A DNA stretch of 64,000 nucleotides from Candidatus Heimdallarchaeota archaeon (GTDB taxonomy: Archaea > Asgardarchaeota > Heimdallarchaeia > Heimdallarchaeales > Kariarchaeaceae). The stretch is from positions 1-64,000 of the forward strand of contig WAKA01000232.1 of the NCBI GenBank assembly GCA_015523565.1, in the 5' to 3' direction. Shown piece by piece: positions 30,192 to 38,038 of the stretch (positions are counted from its first letter, which is position 1; the number at the start of each line of letters is the position of its first letter). A model generated the notes under the pieces. It ran no database searches. It had not been told where the DNA came from and worked only from the letters and a program-made list of their open reading frames with translations. The position numbers and the translations under genes were made by a program.

Positions 30192-30470
30192 TTACTTTGC
30201 CATTCTTTTCCAACCAAATATGTTCATGACTACTGCAAATGCAATTCCAATAATGAATTGGTTGAAAACAAAAGCGATTACAGCACCAAAAGTTCCCAAT
30301 ACAATATATATCAGTCCAATAATCATGTCCATAGTACTGCCTTGCCTTTTAGTTGGGACAGGGTCTTCTTCCTCAAGTAATTCCCCCTTAAGTTGTTCCA
30401 ATTTCTTCTTTTTCCTCTTTTCCAATTTTTTATATCCTTGCTGTCTGAGTAAATCTCTTTTAGATGGCAT
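30192..30470 (-). CDS. Small membrane protein (basic N-terminus, 2 TM)
   Basis: Lys-rich N-terminus followed by a hydrophobic hairpin; abuts the downstream gene. Confidence 0.7.
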   Translation of the reverse strand: MPSKRDLLRQQGYKKLEKRKKKKLEQLKGELLEEEDPVPTKRQGSTMDMIIGLIYIVLGTFGAVIAFVFNQFIIGIAFAVVMNIFGWKRMAK

Positions 30471-30546
30471 TCATAAGCCTTATCTCTTCAAATTTAAAAA
30501 AGTCTCCGTTAATGCGTGTAGGTAAAAAAACGTGTGGGATTTCGAT

Positions 30547-30576
30547 AAAAAAAACACCCTCGCGGGCGTTTTTTTT
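30547..30576 (-). terminator. Hairpin + U-tract terminator downstream of the histone gene
   Basis: Minus strand reads AAAAAAAA-CGCCC-GCGA-GGGTG-TTTTTTTT (GNRA loop), about 20 nt after the histone stop codon. Confidence 0.7.
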
Positions 30577-30597
30577 GGTGTTGTTTACAAAGCGAGA

Positions 30598-30771
30598 TTA
30601 TACATCCTTTGCCATCAAGGTCTTTCTGTCGTTGGCTTTTGCCCTGCGGATCGCATTGTCAAGGACACCCTTAAGGGCCTTTTCAATTGCTTCAAGGCTG
30701 TCGCCACCGGTGTTCAGACCTGCTTCTTTGATGTATGCTCTAACTTTGGATTGGACTAGTAGTTCTACCAT
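30598..30771 (-). CDS. Short histone-fold protein (57 aa; alpha3-truncated, face-to-face / HTkC-like)
   Basis: Manual translation: MVELLVQSKVRAYIKEAGLNTGGDSLEAIEKALKGVLDNAIRRAKANDRKTLMAKDV*. Has the histone RKT...D L2 motif, SD GGAGGT at 30780-30785 and its own TATA box. Below the ORF-track length cutoff. Confidence 0.93.
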   Translation of the reverse strand: MVELLVQSKVRAYIKEAGLNTGGDSLEAIEKALKGVLDNAIRRAKANDRKTLMAKDV

Positions 30772-30835
30772 TTGTTGTTACCTCCGTTCCACGGTCTTTC
30801 AGACCTTCAGGAACAAATAATCTCTCACGGCTTAA

Positions 30836-30850
30836 TATTTAAAGGTTTTG
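30836..30850 (-). promoter_or_regulatory. BRE-TATA promoter of the histone gene
   Basis: Minus strand CAAAACC-TTTAAATA about 65 nt upstream of the ATG. Confidence 0.7.
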
Positions 30851-31339
30851 TGGGGTTCAATTCAAGATTCAATATTTCACTCTTTCTTCTCAAACCTGAG
30901 CATTTTTTCTAGCTGATCTTCCATCCAATTTCCGACAGAAATATCTGTTTTCTTTTTAAATAATGGTCGCTGAAATTGTTTATTTGTTTCATTTTCCAAT
31001 AAAATCATGAACGTTGAATTTTAGAGCCCTGCCCTTTTTCCCCCTTTTTTTCATTGTGTTTTTCCCTGAATCTCCCAGAAAATGGCGCCTAAAACTTTTG
31101 CAGTTTAGCGCTCTTTATTTTCACCGTTTCATGCATTGAAGGCTTGTTTTAATATCCATTTAATTATATTGCTATGGTGTTGATAATTTTTCCAAAAGTA
31201 TTGATTTTTCTATGAACAATTCTTTTCCCCCTATTTTTTATGGTCTAAACAAATGTTCAACTTTTCACCGAAACTAATTGTGAGATTGCTTGCGACTATT
31301 TCGAAAAAACTCTTATTCTTTAAATGAAGTTGTGTAATT

Positions 31340-31990
31340 ATGCTGATTGAAATCTATGACAATGGTGAGATGCATGAGATCACCAATCATGAAACAACCC
31401 TAAAAGAAGACTCCGTGTATCTTCTTTTGAGCTATCGAAACAAAAGAACATACATATGGGCAGGAAAGGATGCAAATGTGAGAAAGAGATTTATCGCCGC
31501 AAAGGAAGCACGAAGAATTAAGATGGAGACTGGATTCCAAACGTTCAATGTACAGCATGACGATATGTTTGCTGACTTCGACGAAGACTTCAACGCCTAT
31601 ATGAACGATCTCAAGGCACATATTGGTCTTCCAAGTGTCTTGCAAGAGCAAAGGGAACGGATTCGAAAAGAGTATTCATCCTTGGAGCCAAGTTATGCTC
31701 CGCCTGCCCAGAAAAAACCCAAAAAGGAAAGCCAGAAAAAAGTCGATGTTATGAAAACAGCAAAATCAATTGCAGAGGAGTTTTCAAAATTGGAGAAACC
31801 TAAAGGGATGGTTAGGGACTATATAATTATTGGCGACAAAGTGTATAGTATTCTGGAAGATAAAAAATCTCTGTCTCTTTCTCCTGTAACGGATCTTCCT
31901 GATGGATTCTTTGATGCAAATGGATATGAACCCCGCATTCTGATTGAAAATGCCAAAATCAAGGGCATTGAACTTTGGAGAAAAAGATAG
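31340..31990 (+). CDS. Gelsolin-domain protein with a C-terminal X domain (Asgard 1DGelX-like)
   Basis: LKEDSVYLLL...TYIWAGKDA..RKRFIAAKEA gelsolin pattern; charged/proline linker; C-terminal PKGMVRDYIIIG...LPDG...PRILIE...IELW domain. Confidence 0.8.
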   Translation: MLIEIYDNGEMHEITNHETTLKEDSVYLLLSYRNKRTYIWAGKDANVRKRFIAAKEARRIKMETGFQTFNVQHDDMFADFDEDFNAYMNDLKAHIGLPSVLQEQRERIRKEYSSLEPSYAPPAQKKPKKESQKKVDVMKTAKSIAEEFSKLEKPKGMVRDYIIIGDKVYSILEDKKSLSLSPVTDLPDGFFDANGYEPRILIENAKIKGIELWRKR

Positions 31991-31993
31991 GTT

Positions 31994-32521
31994 CTATGTT
32001 TCCAATTCTTTCAGGACATAATCTATATAAAGTTGGAATAAGTCTGTAACGTTTTCTCCACTCAATGCCGATGTTTCGAGATAATCGGCACCCAATTCTT
32101 TGGCAAACGCTTCTGCTTCTTCCCTGGAAACTTCTCTTTCTTCAACAAGGTCTGTTTTGTTGCCTACTATGACGGTATATATCTCTCCTACCTGTTCTTT
32201 GACCTCATTAATCCATACTGTTATGTTTTCAAAGGTTTTTCGCCTTGTAACGTCATAAACGATAACTGCCCCATGAGCCCCATAATAATATTTCTTTCTT
32301 ATGGATGAAATTGATTCCTGCCCCGCTGTGTCAAACACCAAAATTCTAAGTTTTCTATTGCCGACCGTCACTCTTTTGATAAGAAAATCCACCCCAAGGC
32401 TTGGTTTATAATTTGCTTGAAATTTTCCTTGGATATATCTTACAGCTAGGCTTGTTTTTCCAACTCTGCCATCTCCTAATAAGATAACTTTCACTCTAAT
32501 GTCTGAAAATTTTTGAAGCAT
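31994..32521 (-). CDS. Rab-like small GTPase
   Basis: GDGRVGKT, SLGVDF, DTAGQE, GNKTD and ETSA; no prenylation tail. Confidence 0.95.
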   Translation of the reverse strand: MLQKFSDIRVKVILLGDGRVGKTSLAVRYIQGKFQANYKPSLGVDFLIKRVTVGNRKLRILVFDTAGQESISSIRKKYYYGAHGAVIVYDVTRRKTFENITVWINEVKEQVGEIYTVIVGNKTDLVEEREVSREEAEAFAKELGADYLETSALSGENVTDLFQLYIDYVLKELET

Positions 32522-32587
32522 TCCATTATGATTTCAATCTTTCTTATTCTAAAACATTATTCAAAACATTATGACTTTTTCCTAATT

Positions 32588-33661
32588 TCAAATCAGTTTC
32601 TGAATACTTGTGCCACAGGCATGGCAATATTCATTTATTTTGTTGTTTTGCGTACCGCAATTGATGCAATAGACATAAGACGTTTCATTTTCTGTTTTGA
32701 CATTCTTGGCAATTTTGTCTTGGTCTTCCAATTTCACTTTTTCAATCAGCTTTTGGATGGATTTTGTAGCGCTTTCTGTTGAGACATATTGGAATACTGA
32801 ATTATTTTCTCTTGGTTCTATAATTGGTTGGCTTATCGGATTTTCATCATCTAGCTCCTGTAGGATTGAAAGGTCTTCCAAAGTATCATCCTGAAGCCCT
32901 AATGCTGAAAGAAAAGGCAGGTCGCGATCTGGATCCTTTGGATTTGCTTCTAATGGGATATTTTTCTTCTGCTCTTCTATTACAGTTAGGCATGCATTTT
33001 CAAAATATGTCCTCTCTTTGCCTATTGAGAACAATTGAAAGACCACAGCAATCATAAAGACCATTATTGGCAAGATAATTTTTTGTGTCTTCAATAGGAA
33101 CATGGAAGATATCAATGAGATTAGTAGGCTTACTCTTGCCAAAATGAAGCCTTTCTTGCCTTCGATATGCAGATTCAAGCGACGCTTTGACCAAAAGGGG
33201 ATTCCCAAAAGATATTGATGGATTTGTCTTGATGCAAGAAAATCTTCCATGAACATAATGCCATACGCCAGGATGATTATGACCCATACTGGTATTGAAA
33301 AATTGAGCAAATTAATCCCTAACTCAGGACGGATTGCTTTATATATTAAAACTATTGATCCATAAAAAAAAGTCAATAAGGTCATTGAATGTACAAATGC
33401 AAACTGCGCAGAATTGGGTTTAAGTTTGAAAAACCTATTGTGTTCCAATATCGGCTCTGTATAATGTGAAATTTTCAAAATGTCGATAAGTGTTGACAAA
33501 TAAGTGAAAACAATGAAAAACAATGTCAAACTCAATTCTTGTCCTAACGAACTCAAGAAGATTGATGAAACAGTCAAACCAACAGAGGAAATTCCAACCA
33601 AAAAATAAATTGGTCCGTTTGAAACAACATTTGGATTATTTGCTTGCTGCTCCGCTATCAT
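32588..33661 (-). CDS. Multi-pass membrane protein with a C-terminal zinc ribbon
   Basis: About 6 TM helices, acidic linker, CINCG...CHACG. Confidence 0.75.
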   Translation of the reverse strand: MIAEQQANNPNVVSNGPIYFLVGISSVGLTVSSIFLSSLGQELSLTLFFIVFTYLSTLIDILKISHYTEPILEHNRFFKLKPNSAQFAFVHSMTLLTFFYGSIVLIYKAIRPELGINLLNFSIPVWVIIILAYGIMFMEDFLASRQIHQYLLGIPFWSKRRLNLHIEGKKGFILARVSLLISLISSMFLLKTQKIILPIMVFMIAVVFQLFSIGKERTYFENACLTVIEEQKKNIPLEANPKDPDRDLPFLSALGLQDDTLEDLSILQELDDENPISQPIIEPRENNSVFQYVSTESATKSIQKLIEKVKLEDQDKIAKNVKTENETSYVYCINCGTQNNKINEYCHACGTSIQKLI

Positions 33662-33717
33662 TTATTATTTCATAAATTCGCTTGGTTATATAATGAAATA
33701 ATACAGGGATATTATGA

Positions 33718-34542
33718 TCAAAATTCAATTATATGCCTCATCTTTTTGAAAATCTCTTTGGGATCCAGCTTTCGCCATGTCTCCAACTGTGAAAGGTTTA
33801 TCCACCAAGGGTCTAATGCCTTTCCCTTATGCTTTGACCCGTCCATGATAAAAGCATTGACTGAAGAATGTGCAATCAGATATTCTATAAAGAGGTCAAT
33901 TGACGACCTATATCCATGAAATCGTAATATTCTGGATTCTGTATCCGGTTCCCAATCTTCTTTAAGAAATGAGTTCAGTAAAGGACGCCAGCCCTTCTTC
34001 AGCATAACAATTCCTGTATATATGGATCGTTTTTCATCATATGGCTTTTCTCTGAATTCAATGATCTTTCCTGTTTTAGTGTCAATTTTTGCCAATCCTA
34101 CCCTGTATTGTACTCCTTTAGAAACAAGAATGGTCACAAGGGAATCTGAAGCGGTATGGAATTCCATCATCTTGCTAAGGTCTGCATTAGTCAAAATATG
34201 ACCTGGATATAATAAGACTGGTTCATCATTAATTCTTATCAACTGCTCCACTGAATATTCTTCATTTGTCTCTTTCACGTTTACAGAAATCCCTTTCCTA
34301 TAGCTCAAATTTTCTGCAAGTTTGTACGTTTGAAGTATTTTCTTGCCCAACCATAAATGATTTGTAAAGCCATGAAATACTAGGTGGTTGGTTATTATTT
34401 CAAGAACGCTGAAATTGTTGTTATTTCCCATCTTTCCATTTAACTCATTGTCACCTATTGCCCAAAGACCTGGATGAAGATAAGTGTTAATGGGACTCAA
34501 CCCTTCTATTCTTGGAAACTGGATAATTACCTTGTAGCTCAA
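33718..34542 (-). CDS. Sugar-phosphate nucleotidyltransferase-like protein, degenerate
   Basis: FREKP, IYTGI and WWINL motifs present; GGxGxRL and GD motifs absent. Confidence 0.65.
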   Translation of the reverse strand: MSYKVIIQFPRIEGLSPINTYLHPGLWAIGDNELNGKMGNNNNFSVLEIITNHLVFHGFTNHLWLGKKILQTYKLAENLSYRKGISVNVKETNEEYSVEQLIRINDEPVLLYPGHILTNADLSKMMEFHTASDSLVTILVSKGVQYRVGLAKIDTKTGKIIEFREKPYDEKRSIYTGIVMLKKGWRPLLNSFLKEDWEPDTESRILRFHGYRSSIDLFIEYLIAHSSVNAFIMDGSKHKGKALDPWWINLSQLETWRKLDPKEIFKKMRHIIEF

Positions 34543-35339
34543 AATTGAACCTCCATTGATAAATGTGCCATTTGTCTCAAAAGTATATGTGGGGAGAGGG
34601 ATGTCAGTCTTGTAATGCTCCCGACATCAACCCACCAATCTTCTGAGACATATCCTGCGAGTTTGCCTTCTTTGGCCAATGCAGAGAGCACATCCGCCGA
34701 TAGGTCAATTTCTACAATATCTTGTTCTTTTTTTTCTTCAACAAGCTTTTCAATGATATCAAAAATATCATTTCGCAAAATGGATATGCCTGTATTGATG
34801 TATATCCTGTCGTCTTTTGCAACACTTTTGTCATTCAATGTGGTGACAAACCTTTTCACCGTCATATCATCATTGAAATCGACCATTTTCTCCATTTCAT
34901 TCCAGTTTTGATCCAGCCAGAGATTTCCCAATGCCCAAGGTTTTTTGTAAAAATCATCAATGAAGCCCTTTACATCCAATGATGTTAGGATATCTGTATA
35001 ATAAACCAGCATATCCCTGTCTCCAATAAGGTCTTTTGCATTCCATAAGACTGCACCAGTTCCCTTTTTCCTTGGATCATCAAAACAATATTGGATTTTT
35101 ATTCCAAACTTTTCACCATCTCCAAAATATCTGCGTATCATCTCTCCTCTGTAACCGATTAGTGCAATAAACTCTGTAATTCCGTGATATTTCAGATGCC
35201 TGATTACAAACTCCAAAAGAGGAGTACCATAGGCACCAATTGGCATCATGACTTTTTGGTAAAATTCATTGATTGGAAATAACCTAGATCCTTTTCCACC
35301 ACTAAATAGAATTCCAACAATATTGTTCTTCTTTTGCAC
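34539..35339 (-). CDS. Sugar-phosphate nucleotidyltransferase (GCD1 / mannose-1-P guanylyltransferase-like)
   Basis: SGGKGSRLFP, K-MMPIG, YFGDG, GTG, INTGI and WVDVG. Confidence 0.85.
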   Translation of the reverse strand: MQKKNNIVGILFSGGKGSRLFPINEFYQKVMMPIGAYGTPLLEFVIRHLKYHGITEFIALIGYRGEMIRRYFGDGEKFGIKIQYCFDDPRKKGTGAVLWNAKDLIGDRDMLVYYTDILTSLDVKGFIDDFYKKPWALGNLWLDQNWNEMEKMVDFNDDMTVKRFVTTLNDKSVAKDDRIYINTGISILRNDIFDIIEKLVEEKKEQDIVEIDLSADVLSALAKEGKLAGYVSEDWWVDVGSITRLTSLSPHILLRQMAHLSMEVQF

Positions 35340-35395
35340 TATTTTCGAATTTGACTATTCCTTTATTTTAATTATGTAACGTTAGTATAGAAAAT

Positions 35396-36946
35396 TCACT
35401 TTTTCCTCCTACGTTTTCTCTTTCTTCGTTTTGGCGCTGTTTCTACTTTTTTCTCGGTTTTTTGCTCTTGAGGTGCTTGTTCCTTCATCATCTTTTCATA
35501 TTCTTCCCTTGAACTAATGGCTTTTCCTTTTTTGATAATGTCTTGAATTTCATGTTCTTGGATAATCAGTTCCTCTGATGCTCTTGAGAAATTGAGTATT
35601 TTAATTAAGAACATTGAAATCCCCAATATCAAAAACACTAGTGGTATCATGACTAGAAGAAGCCCTTCTGGCTGGTCAAACTCAATCGAATTAACTAAGG
35701 TTGGTGGGAAATTGATGCTCTCATAAAATATCGTTGGATTGATAATCAGCCATGTAAGGAATATTATCCCTGTAAGTCTGATTGTTGAAGAAAGTATTAC
35801 ATAAAACAATGTGAAGATTGGGTTGAACGTTTTACCAGACGTTCCTCCAAGTTTGTAAGGCAATTTCCGGTCATGGGCCAATAATGCCTCGTAATATCTT
35901 TGAAGCCGAACGGTCAAACGTTGTTGCTCTCCTTCAGGTCTAGCGAGCATTGAATCATGAGCACTTTCCAAAAGAAACATCAAGGCTTCCGCACCAAATT
36001 TTTTCGCAGTGGTTGAACCTGCACTTCCTGCTGAAAGTTCCGAACTGAGTTTTTCTTCCTCTTCAGGCTCTTTTTCCTCCACTTTGACTTTCGGTTTTTC
36101 TGTTTCTTCTGTTGTGATCCCTAATTTGAATTTTTCAAGACGCTCAATCTGCTTTTGTACTCTCGTCTGTCTTGCTAGATTTGGTGATGCAATAGAGGAA
36201 AGGTAACTGGTTTGCAACGAATACTCCAAAAAAAGATATGTCATGAAACCAATCTGAAACATTGAGGAGTTAATCAATGCACTTACTGTTCCTGTCTGAA
36301 GTGTCAATCCGACGATTCTTTCCTTCATATAACCATAACCAATTATGAATTGGCTCAACAAAAATGAACTAATGGCCTGTGTGGTATTACCCTTGAACAG
36401 GAAATTGATCCCTGCAATTACCATCAGGATAAGTGCAAAATATAACGTTCCATTGACAAATGCTGTATTGTAAATTTCTCTTTGGGGTTTATTCAAAAGA
36501 TAGGCAAGTGGCGCTAAAGGATCTGTTCCAGTTCCCAAGAACTCATTTTTATCTAGTCCTGTCTTTTCAATGTTAATTGAACTGAACATAATGATTTCCA
36601 CAAATGCCCTAGTAACGTAAACTAGTTCTGCACTCAATTCATTTGCAGGAATGGTTATCAATGGTATGGATGAAATACCTATCGCCAAAAGACTTCCTAT
36701 AATTGTAAAGGCTGCTAAAACAACAGAGAACAATATGAGAAACAGGATCAGGAAGAAAACCTGCAAGTTATCCGTATCAAATACCCCAGGGATGGCATTG
36801 TCCAAAATGGTTTTTACCATGAAATAAAGAATCACTGCCCCTAAAATTCTAACCAAGAATATGGACGCCTGAATTTGTCTACGTGTTGACCTGAAAATCT
36901 CTGCAGCTCTTCCAACCCGTTCCTGGACACTCATTTCTCTCACCAA
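35396..36946 (-). CDS. Polytopic membrane protein of the MoxR/DUF58 operon
   Basis: About 8 TM helices, charged loop, polybasic C-terminus; abuts moxR. Confidence 0.7.
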   Translation of the reverse strand: MVREMSVQERVGRAAEIFRSTRRQIQASIFLVRILGAVILYFMVKTILDNAIPGVFDTDNLQVFFLILFLILFSVVLAAFTIIGSLLAIGISSIPLITIPANELSAELVYVTRAFVEIIMFSSINIEKTGLDKNEFLGTGTDPLAPLAYLLNKPQREIYNTAFVNGTLYFALILMVIAGINFLFKGNTTQAISSFLLSQFIIGYGYMKERIVGLTLQTGTVSALINSSMFQIGFMTYLFLEYSLQTSYLSSIASPNLARQTRVQKQIERLEKFKLGITTEETEKPKVKVEEKEPEEEEKLSSELSAGSAGSTTAKKFGAEALMFLLESAHDSMLARPEGEQQRLTVRLQRYYEALLAHDRKLPYKLGGTSGKTFNPIFTLFYVILSSTIRLTGIIFLTWLIINPTIFYESINFPPTLVNSIEFDQPEGLLLVMIPLVFLILGISMFLIKILNFSRASEELIIQEHEIQDIIKKGKAISSREEYEKMMKEQAPQEQKTEKKVETAPKRRKRKRRRKK

Positions 36947-36947
36947 C

Positions 36948-37937
36948 TTATACAGGAACTGTAGTTGAATTCATTATGTCTTCAATTACTACTTTGCCTG
37001 TTACCCCTTCCAATTCAAATTCTGATTTAATCTGCAATCTATGGTGGATTGTATGAACCATTACTCTCTTGCAATCGTCTGGGATAACATAGCTTCTCCC
37101 TTTCAATGCGGCATGTGCTTTTGAATGACCCAGCATTGCAATTGAAGCACGGGGAGAACATCCCAGCACTAGTCTTGGATCAGTACGTGTTTTGACTATT
37201 ATATCTCTCATATATGCCATGACATCATTGGAAATATAGATGCGCTCTCTCACAACCTCAATCATTTTGTTGACTGTCTGTGCTGTTGTTACTCTCCTGA
37301 CTTTGAGTTTTGTTCCTTCATGTTTTAACTTAATGATGTCCAACTCTTCATCTGGTTCTGGAAGGGATAAAATCAACTTCATTCCAAATCTATCAACCTG
37401 TGCTTCTGGGAGGGGGTATGTTCCTTCTTGTTCTACTGGGTTCTGTGTGGCAATGACAATGAATGGTCTGTCCAACTTATATGTCGTGCCTTCTATTGAA
37501 ACCTGCTTTTCTGCCATTGCCTCCAATAATGCCGCCTGTGTTTTTGGCGGACTTCGATTTATTTCGTCTGCCAATAACAAGTTGGTGAATATTGGTCCTC
37601 TCCTTAATTTGAATGTTCCTGTTTTAGGGTCATAAATATTTGTCCCAAGAACGTCTGATGGCAAAAGATCTGGTGTGAACTGCGCACGATTGAATTCCAA
37701 CCCGATTGCTGAGGCAAAAGAATTTGTGATATGGGTTTTGGCTATTCCTGGAACACCTTCCAAAAGAATATGCCCCTCTCCAAGCAGAACAATCATAATG
37801 TCTTCCAAGACATCTGTTTTTCCTATGACCACTTTCTTGATTTCTGAGAAACATTCTTCCCAAATGTTCTTGATATCAGCAGGAGTCATTTGAGCTTCTT
37901 TTTTCTTTTTCGCTGGTTTGTTCTCACTTTCCGACAT
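36948..37937 (-). CDS. moxR: MoxR-family AAA+ ATPase
   Basis: EGVPGIAKT, QFTPDLLPSD, DEINR, ATQNPVEQEGTYPLPEAQVDRF and SPRA. Confidence 0.96.
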   Translation of the reverse strand: MSESENKPAKKKKEAQMTPADIKNIWEECFSEIKKVVIGKTDVLEDIMIVLLGEGHILLEGVPGIAKTHITNSFASAIGLEFNRAQFTPDLLPSDVLGTNIYDPKTGTFKLRRGPIFTNLLLADEINRSPPKTQAALLEAMAEKQVSIEGTTYKLDRPFIVIATQNPVEQEGTYPLPEAQVDRFGMKLILSLPEPDEELDIIKLKHEGTKLKVRRVTTAQTVNKMIEVVRERIYISNDVMAYMRDIIVKTRTDPRLVLGCSPRASIAMLGHSKAHAALKGRSYVIPDDCKRVMVHTIHHRLQIKSEFELEGVTGKVVIEDIMNSTTVPV

Positions 37938-38038
37938 GATTGCATCACTAATCGTCTTTACTGCTTATCGATAGTAGAACGTTTACTAAAAAAAAGCTTA
38001 CCCATCCAATGGTTGATTGATGTTATTTTTTTGTTCTC

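Noticed and set aside
30464-30820. 118-aa and 75-aa plus-strand ORFs in the track
   Set aside because: Antisense shadows of the histone gene, which has clear motif, SD, promoter and terminator support.
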